From assembly GCA_001662655.1 (NCBI GenBank), contig KV460209.1: a stretch of 64,000 nucleotides of DNA, one strand, 5' to 3'. The notes beneath the pieces were generated by a model. That model was not told the origin of the DNA, did no database searches, and worked only from the letters and a program-made list of their open reading frames with translations. The translations under genes were made by a program, and so were the position numbers. The stretch is from Pseudogymnoascus verrucosus. Taxonomy: Eukaryota. Shown here in pieces: positions 12,335-25,600 of the stretch. How positions within the stretch are numbered: position 1 is the stretch's first letter; each line of letters opens with the position of its first letter.

Positions 12335-12785
12335 TTTAAGGTTTGATATTCTTAATGCCGAGATAATCAGTGTAGTGCGTGCTGCAAGTCAATGCTTAAT
12401 TACTCGGCGAGGAAAACAGCCGGAAGGTGTGTTTTATAGATTCGCCAGCCGTCCAATTCGGTTGATATTTGTGCCTAAACCATTATCCTCCCTGTGTTAG
12501 CCACGATTCTTAGTCTAACTAATCTGTCCGGGCGAGACTCAGCCAGCTGCTGACTGTGTCGTCTTGCCCAGCCTCCTGTCACACAGATTGGGAAAGATCA
12601 AAGTTCTAAGGGAATCCGGGGAATATGCGGGGAAGTAGTGGGTTGCGAATCTATTCCCCGGATTTCAGTATTACCCCCTGTACTTGAAACCCTTATAAGT
12701 CCACTAAGTCCATTCGTAATCCATTGTAATTTCCGACTATTGCCCTTCAGAAGCCTCGTTGTTCATTTCCATCTTCATCTTCATC

Positions 12786-14667
12786 ATGACCTCCAAAGTC
12801 GATATTGAGCCAAACGCTCACCACCTTGAGTCCGTGGACATGGCTGAAAAGGATACCAACACCCCTCGAGATTACGCCGGTGCTGTTCTTACACGAACCC
12901 CAGCAGAGACCAAACTTGTGAAGAAGTTGGACTATCGAATCATGGCATGTTTGCATAATGAAATGGCAACGACACGCCAGCTAATATTACCAGCCAATCT
13001 TGTGGCTCATGTTCTGGTTGAACTACCTCGACCGTAATGCCATCGCCATTGCAAGACTCAACTCACTTGAAAGTGACCTGAATCTCAAAGACTCCGGTAC
13101 GTCTACTCCTTAAATTATGTCGTTGTCGTAGAAACTGCTAATATGTTCTTGTTCGTAGAGTACCAAACTTGCGTGTCGATCCTTTTCGTCGGATACATCT
13201 TCGGAGGCATTCCCTCTAACATGTTGATTACTCGTGTCAGACCCTCTATTTATATGGTAAGGCAATTCGTACACATCCCTTCAAAAAGTATTGACTCGTG
13301 ATTAGGGCAGCGTCATGGCGGTCTGGGCAATCGTGTCTGCCTTAACGGCAGTCGCGAATAACTACATTGGCCTTCTTCTTGTTCGATTCTTCTTGGGCAT
13401 TACCGAGGCACCTTACTATCCGTAAGAATCCATCTGGGGACCATGAAAAGCTGAGGCTAATGTAAAGTACAGTGGCGCACTCTACCTTCTGTCCATTTTC
13501 TACAGTAAGTGCTCCATGTCCCATCCATTCTTTCTTGTACATGAAGTAACGTTAGTGTGATTAGCCCGTAAGGAAGTTGCAACCAGAATGGCCGTACTCT
13601 ACACCGGAAATATTATAGCGACGGCGTTTGCTGGCCTTATCGGCGCTGGTGTGTTCCATGGCATGGATGGTCTAGCCGGTCTCGCTGGATGGCGGTATGT
13701 TTCACCATTTAAGGGATATCATTATTATACTGACTTTAGATAAAGATGGCTCTTCATTCTTCAGGGTGCGGTTACATTTGTTGTCGCCGTTGGGGGAATC
13801 TTCCTCTTGCCCGATGACCCTTCAGTTACTAAGTGGCTAACTCCAGAGGAAAGGGTCATTGCAGTGCACCGGATTCATCAGGACACTGTTGGCGAAACTG
13901 GGGAAGCTACTAGTTTTGGCGGTTTTAAAGGACGCCTTAAAGGATCGCAGAGTTTGGCTGTTCGTTTTCATCCAGCACATGCATCTCGCAGCCAACGGTT
14001 TCAAGAACTTCGTAAGCTATTCCCATTGACACCATTTTTCGCACTAGTGAACTAACACATTACTTTCAGTTCCCAACTGTTGTTGAAACCCTCGGCTTCG
14101 ATACCACCATCACCTTGGTTTTGACATGCCCTCCATACCTTATCGCAGGAGCAATTAGCGTATACTGGTCATGGTCTTCCGGAAAGTACAACGAGCGGAC
14201 ATGGCACATTACAATCGCCAAAGGTGTTGCAATCCTCGGCTTCGTTCTGGGCTGCGCTACTCTCAATATGGGCGCCCGATACTTCGCTATGATAGTTTTC
14301 TCTGTGGGCACATATGCCGTTAACAGCATCGTGCTTGGATGGGTTAGTTCCACATTCGGTCAGACAAAGGAGAAAAGGGCCGTTGCCATTTCTATAGTGG
14401 TTAGCACTAGCAACATCAGCTTCATTTGGACTCCGGTATGTACTCTATTCTCTGTTATTCGAATGCGCCTCGTCCAAATGCTAACATTACTTTTAGTATC
14501 TTTGGCCAAAGAGCGACGGCCCACAATACGTCACGGCACTTGCTTCCTCGGCAGCGTTTTCGTTTGCGACCCTTGCGGGTGCCTGGGCGATGAAGTTTAT
14601 TCTCATGAGACAGAATAAGAAGATTAGACAGCGAGAGGGTGATGCGACTCTCTTCTTTGCCTATTAG
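12786..14667 (+). pseudogene. MFS anion:cation symporter (Tna1/Dal5/TtuB-like carboxylate permease) with an apparent frameshift at about 13910-13930
   Basis: Motifs LVKKLDYRIM, WLNYLDRNAIA, RFFLGITEAPYYP, GLAGWRWLFILQG and HMHLAANGFKNF. The reading frame shifts inside an exon between GEATS and LKDALKDRRVWLF. Confidence 0.75.
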
Positions 14668-15287
14668 CTAATTAAACCCCATTAGTCTCTATCTATTGCC
14701 TCAAGCCTTTGCGCCCATCATTACTAGGTGCGAAGATTACATAGTTATAGTACCACAAACAATCACTTAGTTTAGCGGTCTTCTGTCTTGGGTTGTTTGT
14801 AATTAGAAGGGTGTATTTGCAAAAGATACGCATCGCTGTATATACCAAGCATCAACACGACGGGCTGTAATTTATCTTCGACGTACGCCTCGTCGCTCAT
14901 GTGAAGCGCATCATAGTCTTTAGTCAAATCGCCTAACACAGCTCTCACAGCGTGTATGGATGCAACCCTGCCTTCGTTACGGCATTCAGCTTCGTAGAAT
15001 CTCTAGATGATTAATACAAACGGGCCTTCATTGCCTCAGTGGTTCAAACCAGCAAGCCGACCTCGATACCATTATATCTAGAGAATAACTCAGGTTAGCT
15101 CTATAAGAGACAGGTATCACAATGCTAAGTCGGTCGGTCGGAACTTTCTAGCTCGTAATTGCTAGCCACAAGGAGAATTTTAGTTGAAGATAAAAAAATT
15201 ATAAATTGTTCAAGGCTGATACTTAAAAATAAAAATAATCTAAATCTACGCTATGCAGCCCCTCTTCATGGGTTTCTTATCTACTAC

Positions 15288-16422
15288 TTATTTGTTCTCC
15301 TTGATGTCCTCGCAAATAGCCGCCGTCACCTCTTTGGTGTTATACTGTCCTCCTAGATCAGCTGTCACAACGCCTTTCGAGCATACTCTCTCTACTGAAG
15401 CCATAAGAATGTCAGCTGCCTCGGCCTCTCCTATCCACTTCAGCAACTCCGCTGCCGACCAGATAGCCGCGACAGGGTTCGCAACACCCTTGCCAGTAAT
15501 GTCAAAGGCAGATCCATGCACAGGTTCGAAGATGCTAGGGTTCTTCCTTGTAGGATCTAGGTTGCTTGAAGGAGCAATACCGATAGAACCAGCCAAGGCA
15601 GCTGCGAGATCTGAAATAATATCCATGTGTAGGTTCGTGCCTAGGACGGTATCGAGAGAATGAGGGTTCGTAACCATGCGTACAGTCATTGCGTCAACCA
15701 ACATTTTATCCCATATAACGTCAGGGAAATCTTTGGAGACCTCGGCGGCAATCTCATCCCAAAGAACCATACCATTGCGCATGGAGTTCGACTTGGTAAC
15801 AACCGTGAGTAACTTGGCCGGACGCGAACGAGCCATCTCAAATGCAAATTTCATGATGCGCTCAATGCCCACGCGCGTGAAGATGGCGACTTCGGTGGCT
15901 GTCTCCCATGGCTGACGAAGATGCGAGCGTCCACCTTGTCCAGCGTACTCACCCTCTGAGTTCTCGCGAACGATCATCCAATCGATTGGCTTTGTCATGG
16001 ATGTTAAGTAGGCTCTTGTGCCAGGAAAGGACCTGACAGGCCGTACGTTGGCATATAACTGCATAGGACCTCGCATAGCAAGCAGTAATCCCCATAGTGA
16101 TATGTGGTCGGGTACATCTGTAATAGCCTGTTAGAAACAAGTGGACGGAAGTAATGGACAACGGATGTGTACCTGGTGCTCCAACGGAACCGAAAAGGAT
16201 AGCATCATACTGTTTCAGTGACTCTACACCACCTTCAGGGATATATCTGCCATGTTTCTTGTAGTGATCGCTACCCCAAGTAAGATCCGTAAACTCGAGA
16301 CTAAATGTCTTGAGAGTGTCTGTCAAGACTTTCAGCACGTCAACTGCTGCACTGATGACCTCCGGTCCGATACCATCGGCTGGTATGCAGGCGATTTGAT
16401 AGTTCTTGCTTTTATTAGTCAT
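15288..16422 (-). CDS. Tartrate dehydrogenase/decarboxylase (D-malate dehydrogenase; TtuC/DmlA family)
   Basis: Motifs IACIPADGIGPEV, PDHISLWGLLL, QLYANVRP, IVRENSEGEYAGQGGR, VTKSNSMRNGMVLWDE, LVDAM, TNLHMDIISDLAAALAGSIG and FEPVHGSAFDI. HISLWGL and TKSN are typical of the TDH branch rather than IPMDH. Confidence 0.88.
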
Positions 16423-17313
16423 GTTAAGTCGATACCAAGTAATATGTGCTGAGCTGGGGCTAGAAGGCATAGGATAATGGATTCAACGACAACTATTGTG
16501 GCGCGGATTTAGCATAACTTGTCAAACAGGGTGAAGGCTATATAATTTAAAGTTGAACTCTAGAAGTAGCCTCTGTTTCGTAAATCAGTGCGGCCGAAAG
16601 ATTAGCAGCGTTACTACATAATCCTGTGTGGTCTTCAAGGTTATTTGTTTAACCGCCTCACGTGGGAGTGTCATTTTCCAAGTCGGACTTTGTGGATGGT
16701 ACCATTAGCTTGTGTTAAAAGTTTAACCGACTTCGGAGCCTAATCTTATCGAATGTAGAACTTCTACGAGACTAGTTAAAATATAAAAACGATGGTTAAT
16801 TGCATACATAAGAAACGGTAGAGCTAGTAAGAATAGAATCCTTGTATAGCTCAAAGTTGGGAAACGTCGATTAAAAAATCCAATCCTGAAGCTCTGGTAA
16901 TAATAATAAAAACTAACGAAAAACGGCACTGGTTTTTAGTTCCATGGTACCCTCGCCGCCCTGATCCCATGTCTACGCCCATTAGTCTTGATGTTCTAAT
17001 GCGGGGGTGCGACTTAGGAGTCTGGGCTTTTCAACCTGAGTATCGGCGGAACCCCGCGAGCAGCGGCGATCATCCCGCCTGCTGCTTCGGGCGTTGCGGG
17101 TAGGGGTGACTGAAATAGCATATAGCACCGTTGGCGGTTGACTAGGCGCCTTAGTGTTTGACCGTGAACTTTGTTATGATCTAATCTGGGTATAAGACTC
17201 ACCTTGCGTACATAAATGGGCTTCGGGTAATCATAAGCCCATTCCCACATCATTACGTATAGTTTTTGTAATGGAGCATGGCCCCTCCCACTATGCCATT
17301 CTGAAGTACATTT

Positions 17314-17883
17314 CTATGATGTCTTCTTCGTGGCCCTGGTTCGGATTTTCATCATCAGAAACACGAGCGCATAAGATCTCACACAAAACAGGGCAGCAAT
17401 GGCAACTTAGTAGACGAATCAGTAAGGGATCATAACCTTATGAGGTAACTTTTGACATATGCGGACAGCTTACTCCTCTCCAACCGTAACTAGGGCCGTT
17501 GATGTTGATAGTCTTCAGGTAATCTCCCCCCACCTTATAGGGACAGTAATCACAAGAAGTAGTGTTACCAGGGTCTACCACGTAACCGCTATTCTCTGAT
17601 AGAAAATCCGCCATATACTCGCCACAGGATGTAGAGGGTAGAAGTAGAACATTAGTCAGTTCGCTCAGCTTACAGTGTATCTCAAGGTCCCAAACCACAG
17701 GCTGCAACAAGCCTTGGATCAGGTAGGTAAATGGGTTGAGGTAGTAAAGCCAATACCTCCAGAACGCCTTGATCTGGGAGTAAGGAACCACTACCCCTAA
17801 AAAATTGATGAGTACAGCACCAATCACTATTGGATTAGCTAAGGCGCTGAAATACGCATCAGGACTACACACAGCAATTGCCT
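17314..17883 (-). pseudogene. 3' fragment of a PDR-type ABC transporter
   Basis: AIAVCSPDAYFSALANP...FWRYWLYYLNPFTYL...TCGEYMADFL...CDYCPY...YGWR...LVFLMMKIRT; no upstream NBD or TMD present. Confidence 0.8.
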
Positions 17884-18015
17884 ACGGCGAGGGAGAATCG
17901 CCGCCGGGACCAGGCCGCCTGTTCTGCAGACCCAGCACAGGTCGACGCTGCAACGATGGCCAACTTGATGGATCTTACAGATAAGGAAATTCCCCAGTTT
18001 AGATATATCTACTAA
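17884..18015 (+). pseudogene. 3' fragment (last ~43 codons) of an allantoate/ACS-family MFS permease
   Basis: Translates ARENRRRDQAACSADPAQVDAATMANLMDLTDKEIPQFRYIY*, which matches the ENxRRD...DLTDxE.pxFRYxY C-terminal signature of the family. Confidence 0.7.
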
Positions 18016-18755
18016 ATATAATTTTGGGATTGCACCATTGGCAATATAGAGCGGGATATTGCCAATGGTGCTAGTTTGCCACTAGGTGTATTAAGATTGA
18101 AGTATTATGGGGTGTCAGACTAGTCTATGCGATAAATCATATGTCTTATTGCTTAACTCATATGTAAATGGTGATAATAGGGAGAGGGAGGGGCTGGTTA
18201 CTATGTTCGACGGGTGAGTGAATACTATATTTGTTCTTGGTGACTTACCTACGGATTTAAACTAATGATTTTCATAGAGTTTGGAATAACGATAAAATCA
18301 AGACCGAAAATCCAGTGAGGGTCATGTAGGAGAGCCATACAGGAAGAGGGGCGGTTTGGGAGCTTAGGATGATTATTCGAGCTGAGAAGCGGTGTTGGAT
18401 TAATAACCTGGCGAGCGATGTGTATAGTGGGGTCGCCTGGATTGTTTCGAGAATCAAAAAATACGATAGCAATATGATACGTTACATCTTGTTTCTATGA
18501 GCATTCATTCCTAAGCTGTCTTCACCTGTATGTACCTGTACAAGTTTTTTGATCCGTCCGCAAGCGTCAATGGCCCACCCCTCATATTGTGTTTCTCAAG
18601 TACAATTGTGTAGATCCGTAAGCGATCCGTATCATGGAGGATGATCAATATGAGGGACTTCGCACGGTGCGGAGACACAACCGAGGCTGACGCTAAAGCT
18701 GCAGATAAAAGCGTCAGGAGGAAACATGCCGCCACTAACGGACGGCCTAGTGTTT

Positions 18756-19299
18756 GCGGGGGTTGAGAGCGGAGCCGGAGCTTCATTCCCCGCGGGTTGC
18801 GGGGTGTGAATAGGGGCCAGTAGTTTCCCAAGTGGAGAAATCTAACATGGAGACAAAAGTATTCAAGCTGATACCCGCCCATTCGGCCCATTCGGCCCCT
18901 GACAGAGAAGTTGTTTCGCGTTGCAATCATATAGAATCCGTAATTTATTACTACATCGTCTAGATTTGAGGGGTGTGGGGTTGGGGTGGGAGCAGGGGCC
19001 TGGAGCTTCCCCGCGTGGAGAAGCCCTAAGTTGAGGCAAGATCATCGACGATCCAAGCCGATTCGATGAGAGCTGCTCGGACCGGTACGGAACGAATTGT
19101 TAATTTACGCTAGAGTTAGGGTTTATGACAGTGCATCCCGCTCTGAGATCCGCTCTAGGGTACAACATTAGCACTTCACACGCATAGTAAGGTATTTTAT
19201 TAGTGCCCGCCTCGCTGAACCCCAACCTTGAGAGCATATATCGCGGGGATAGGCTTCCCGGAGACAGGCTTCCCCGCTATGTTTATTTTCAATGCGGGG
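18756..19299. promoter_or_regulatory. Cluster of CreA/Mig1-type SYGGRG sites upstream of the GH43 gene
   Basis: GCGGGG/CCCCGC at 18756, 18788, 18799, 19009, 19243, 19272 and 19294, plus GTGGGG/CTGGAG/GTGGAG variants. Confidence 0.45.
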
Positions 19300-19576
19300 G
19301 TGCTAAGCCCATTGAAGTCTAAGGCTGTTGGTAAAACACAAGAATATTACACTCGCACGAATAAAACTTCACCAACAAATAATTTTCGGGTCCACATGCG
19401 GCGTCGAATTGTCGTTGAATTGTCTAGCGTAGGTAAAGTCCAAAGATATGCAAAAATTAGCGAATGTTCCATTTCCTTCAAACATATATATATATGTGGA
19501 AGAATCTACGTAAGTGATGGCATCTTCCAACATCATCTTCCAACATCATCGCAGTTATTCATTGAAATTCCCCAAG

Positions 19577-21478
19577 ATGTTGTCTTTCATTCCACTAGGA
19601 GTTGCTTTGTTTATAAGCTCAGCATTGGCATCGAAGCAAATTGCAAGTTAGATATTCCATTACATAAAAAATAGCTAACGGTTGAGGCAGGTTCCTGGAG
19701 CGACTTGGACTGCAAAGGGGACAAACCAGCATGTTCAAGCCCATGGAGGAGGTGAGATCGCCCTTTAATAAGAAATGTCAATGAGAGAAGTGAAAGGCTA
19801 AGATTCTCCAGAAATCACCAAAGTTGGCTCAACGTACTATTGGATTGGGGAGAACAAGCTTTCTGGGAGCGCATTCCAATCGATCAACTGCTATTCCAGT
19901 ACCGTATGTATTCAATTCAGCTTTACAGAACCATACTAACTTTCTCAAGGATCTTGTTCAGTGGACCTTTGTGAACGAACTCCTCACATTGCAACCGGAT
20001 GGGGATCTTGGGCCAAACCGTGTTGTCGAAAGACCACACATTATCTACAACTCTCAAACATCAACATATGTCATGTGGATGCATATTGATTCTAGCGATT
20101 ACCAAGAAGCCAAAGCTGGAGTTGCTACTTCAGCAACAATTTGTGGCGATTATTCGTATCTGTAAGACTCGGATTCCATTATTCGTTTCACAGGGGTAAT
20201 ATCTAATATGACGTGATTTTAGAGGCTCTTCTCGGCCGCTTGGTTTTGAATCAAGAGATATCGGCCTTTTCAAAGGTTTGCAGTCTATGTTTCCTTTCCA
20301 ATGTTAAAGGAGTTGCGGAAGCCAATACTTATCAATGCTTATAGATACCGATGGCAGTGGCTATCTCCTTTCTGAAGACGCATGTCCTCCCGCACTATAT
20401 ACAGAAGTCACACATCTAACTCTTTTCTCTAGCGATCTAATGGCCTTCGAATTGATAAGCTATCTCCAGATTACCTAACCGTGGAATCCACAGTCCATAT
20501 CCTTGATGATTATGAATCGCCCGCCATGTACAAGTCTAATGGCATTTATTTCATGTTTGGTTCAAGCATGACTGGTAAGATTCTCCTTTCTACACTCCTC
20601 CTATGGACAACAGCTGATATCAAAACTATAGGATGGAGTAAGAACACATCTATGATATCCTCAAATGGCACCTAACATACGTCGTTAACAGACGCGAATG
20701 ACAACGTCTACAGCACCGCCACCAGTCTCAGTGGCCCGTGGTCAGGATGGAATAAGTTCGCAGCCCCTGGTTCTAATACGTATTACTCTCAAACTACCGC
20801 TGTGGTTTCTATTAATGGGGTTCTTATGTACATGGGCGATCGCTGGGAACCTAACAACCTTATGTCATCAACTTACATCTGGCTACCATTGACAATCTCA
20901 GGCACTACTGCCACAATGGTATTACCTGTACCTGTCTTATCATAAAATGGTGCTAACGCATCCACAGGACAACAGGAATAGTTGGATAATCAACCCCTCT
21001 GCTGGAACCTGGTCACCAGCTCCCGCGGAAACAGTTACAGAAGCCGAAGCCAAAACGAACACCCTCACAGGGTCCGCTATAATCGTATCATGCTCAGGAT
21101 GCTCCGGTTACCAAGCCGTTGGGTGGCTTGGCGGCTCCGGAAACGGTGCCCTAAAATTCCCTAGTATTGCCAGTTCGGCTTCTACCACTACGACGATTCG
21201 GATCCAGCAAGAGAATGGGGACACGGAGCAGAGATACGGGAATGTGACGGTCAATGGTGTCTCGAACATCGTCGCTTTTTTGCCATCTCGGAATGGGAAT
21301 ACTCCGGGGACTTCGGTCTTGACTGTTCCGCTCAAGAAAGGCTCGGCAAATGTAATCAAGTTTGAGGCGTATAACGGTGGATATGGTTAGTATCATCTTC
21401 TATTGTGATTGCCGATTAATAGTTTGCTGACCTTTCGAAGTTGCCGATATCGATCAATTGATACTGCCCAGTTCTTAA
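19577..21478 (+). CDS. Secreted GH43 (subfamily 24-like) exo-beta-1,3-galactanase with C-terminal CBM35
   Basis: Signal peptide MLSFIPLGVALFISSALA; motifs VQAHGGG, YYWIGENK, VVERPHIIYN, VMWMHIDS, ESRD, ESPAM, SQT and YMGDRW; C-terminal EAE...CSGCSG..AVGWLGG; many short introns. Confidence 0.88.
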
Positions 21479-22649
21479 GGTAGGGCGCCCGCCGATATGT
21501 GTACGGATTGGCCTTCAGCGATTTATCTTACACTGGATATCAAAGCCTCAATAAAGCAATCTGGCAATGGCAGTGTCACAGTTAAAACAGCGTTGTAGCA
21601 TTGTTTCCATGTTTTACATTCTATATAAAGTGGCAGCATTTTGAAGTTTTATATCTACAAAGAGCAAATACAATACATTCATTTATATTTTTCAACCATT
21701 TATGAACGGTTCAGTTGTGGTTATCTTGCATCTGTAACTTGTAAATTAAAAGAAGGAGTAGTGTTTAGTAATTGGGACAGGCCTCTACATATTCCACTAC
21801 TGGACCACGGCTATATCCTTGGGATTTTAGACCTGGCACTGTGCCATATAGCAAGCGATCGTTTTCGAAGAGGTTGGAGGACCAGCCAGGAAGGCCCATC
21901 AATAGATCAAACTCGTCATCTATAATTTTTTTGCTAATATCTATGATCCTCAGACAGTTTGGCCCACCACGAGTGGCGGAAGCACAGCACAAAGATTATC
22001 TGATTCTATCACCAGAACCTGGAGAAGCGAGCTGTGATAACAATCAATGTATTTAACGTTTGCGATTGCGCTTTGATCCCCTAGTCGGCATACCACTACC
22101 TGATGACCACATATCCTGAGCTGAAAAGACAGAAATCAGCTAGTCATTTGTGTTTCAGAAGCACAGGAAACACACTCATGGAGCTCGAAAGAGGGATTTC
22201 AGAATCGTCTAATTATCTCTCATTTGTAAGCGCTTATAGACCCGCCATTTCCGTTCTAGGCCCTCTATGATCCATCCAACAATCGCACCTTTAGTACGGA
22301 AAACAAGAAACCGAGCTGTACATAATTTCAAGGGCAGTTCTTTTATGCAAGCCAGAACCTAAGTTGAAAGCGGAGATGACGAAAATCCGACCCTGAAGCC
22401 ATGGGAAACTAGCTCCGGAAAAGCTACGAAAAAACAGCACGAGGTCTTGATTCCTGTTATCCCCTTTCCATTCAAAGACTTTGATGGCGACGACGCAGCT
22501 ACTTTTCCACCACATCAAGAAAACATGAGGTGCGCATGGTGCATTCTTGGTACATTGGCGTAACCTCAACCTTCGGAGATATCTCAATATCGACTGTGAG
22601 TCTCCATTTTGATTTGCGACGTGCGGTAAATATGAGAATTGATATATGC

Positions 22650-25600
22650 CTAGTTATGCTTAGCAGCACGTAATTTACTCAGTATCTTTTTTCTGCACTC
22701 TGATGTTACATCTGGTAAAAATTCCAGGCTTTTCCATTTCGGCGTCCCCAAGGAAAATCTTCCAGACACTGCCTTAGTTGGCAAGCATGATGCACCTTCC
22801 GCGATCAAGAGGTCTAAAATCTCCTCATGGCCACCCCTAGCTGCGAAGTAAATGGCATTTTCACTTAATGTCTTGCTAGACTGAATATCCAACTGGGGGC
22901 TTTTCTCTAGCAAACTTTTGCAGGCGTCAAGATGTCCCATTTCTGCCACCGCCATTAGGGGAGTATATCCATCATTGTTCGCCAAGTCAACTTCTGCATC
23001 ATAGCGAAGTAAGAGATCGACTATGGTGCTTGCAGTTTCGTGGTCCTCGATTCTGCAAGCAAGGATAAGAGGTGTTTCCAGATTTCCACGGCTTTTGCAG
23101 TTCACATTAGCTCCAGCAACCAAGAGGGCTTCGACACATTTGTGGCTTTTCGGCTCCCCAATTGCCCTGCAAAGAGGAGTTCCATTATCACTCGGCGCGT
23201 CAATTTCGGCCCCTCTTCGAACCAGAAGAGTGACTATGTGGTACATAACGCAAGAAGCAGCAAGGTGTAGTGCTTTCGTGCCAAGTTTGCCATATGTTAT
23301 TTCAATGTTTGCACCACCGTCCAAGAGGATCTGGGCGATTTGAATCTGATTAGCGTCAACGGCGGTGTGAAGTGGCGTATGGTCCAGGTGATTCCTAGTT
23401 TCAAAAAGCGCACCGCATTCAATTAGCAATGCAGTGCCTTCTGCAAGGCCTAGTTGTGCTGCGACATGGAGAGGGGTAAACCCTAGCCGATCTTGCGAAT
23501 CCAGGAGAGTTCTGATCTGTGCATATTGTCTTAACCTTACTAGGTTATTTTGCTTAAGAGCTCGAATTAGCTCGTTATCTTCGGTAGTGACGTTAGGATC
23601 AACATAGAATATGCCAAACACGGTATCCCAGGGCTTAAAGTCTCGTTTCAGCAACTTTTTGTGATGAATCCGGCAGTTCTCAATTAGGTCGTAGCATTCC
23701 TGGCAAATGAACGGCGTGAATTCGCATTCCGGACAAGAGTAATGGTAGCCCAAGGCAGCCATCACATCCCCGCATCGTTTACATTCTACATCTTGTGCAT
23801 TCTTTAGATTATCTCTAAAGCCTTCCTTAAACTCTCGTGACATTGCTTTTAAATCGTCATCCAATTCAGCAAGGTATGTGGACTCTTTAGCCTCGAATAA
23901 AGATGTCACATTAGCCCCCTTGACCATTGCGGCATGTGAAGTTTCATTTTGTTCTTGTAACTGAGTAGGGGATGTGATTAAAACATCGGAATTCTTGGAC
24001 TTCGGTGTGCAAGGTGGAGAGCTGTCTTTAGGATTCGTCGTCGTTGTTGATGTAGGTTCAGCCTCGAGTGTGATTGAAGGCTCTTGGACTGGATCAGGAG
24101 CAGTTCCAAAAGCAAGGGGAAATTCTCCACCAGGTTCGATAGCTGACTCTCTTGATCCAGAGTCATTGAGATTACCAGGCGGGTAGGGAGGCGGGGATGA
24201 TTGATTAGGTCCAATGTGTAAGTCTCGGAACTGATTATATTTGTAAGCATACCACGTTTCAACAACATCGTTGGTTTAAATATCTCGTACCTTCGATTCA
24301 AATCGCGAACTTTCATTCATTGCAGCTCCTGCTCCAGCAACAATCTTTGCTGTGCTGACAAGCCCATGTTTTACGGCTGCCTTGACAGCAGGGTAGATCC
24401 CGTTCTGGCCTCTCTTGATCTTCGCAATTTGAGAATGATCACAATCTGCAGATACCAGTTTCTCTCTAGGATAAAACTGTTGGGCCGAATCGCGACTAAC
24501 CATCATAACAGGTGGCCCTTCGCGTACCCAGGCGCCATCAGCCTGGACGAAACTTCAGTAGCCATTAACTTTAGTCAGAGAAGAACTTACATCGATTGCT
24601 GTTTTTGTCGGTTTAGTCTCGTAGCAGGTTAAGATATCAATATCTCGTGCAAATCGAGTAAAACTCTGGTTCAGCCAGGTTAAAGTCGGAGACTCTGATT
24701 GGAGCTCTAAAACCATTTGCTCGGTTGCTTCTCCCTTGACCAAGGTCTGGAGGGCGGTGATATTCAGACCACGGTGTGGAGCTGCTAGGAATATGATCTC
24801 TCTAACAGGTATACGGGAGCTGTTACTATAGATATTTAGTCTCTTCGTGGCACTGCAATCGTAAATATCAACTTACATTCCAAGAGATATGGCATCAGTT
24901 AAAGTCTGTTCATTTATTAGCCGTTTTCTAACATTATCGAATATAATATTTATACCTTTTTGATAATCAGGCAGCCCAGACTATGGCCGATGAAAATGAT
25001 TGGCCTACTGTCGCACTTGCGTTACTGTTAGCTTGTCCTGAACCCCAGGATAGACAAAGGTTTACTTGGCCCTCCTCTCGCATATCGATTAGGCTGTGAA
25101 CAAATTTGTTGGTATGATCTTGTAGGATGCTGACTGAGTCGCTGCCCTGTAGTTTAGAGTGATAACCGTAGGTCAAGATCCGCGCATTTGGTGCATCCCT
25201 TGGTAGATAGTCTCTCAGCCACATGTGCGTTTCGGAGTGTGCCCATGAGCCAAACGCATGGCCTGCAAGTCCTGTGACGGCGATGACGCTGTTTGTAGTC
25301 AGACATCACCAACTTTTATATAGATAGGTTCTGGATGTAGTAGAAGATTAGTAAGTATAGCTTACTCTGCGACAATAGGTCCCTTCTCTACTGGTGGAAC
25401 ATATACAGGTGTGAACCCACGAAAGTCCTTGTCTACTGTAATAGAATCGTCCTGAACTCTTGGACCACCTGGAATCGACTCATAGGGGTGGAACATAATA
25501 GTAGCTGTAAGGTCACCATCTTCGCCTTCGATAGTTTCGACGGCAGGAACCAACGATTTTACCGTGATATCCGCCTGATCTTTGACATAGAAGTAATTCC

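Noticed and set aside
15288..16422. Annotation as leucine-pathway 3-isopropylmalate dehydrogenase (LEU2)
   Set aside because: It has PDHISLWGL, ENSEGEY and TKSN rather than the RPEQGLL and DKANVL motifs of IPMDH.
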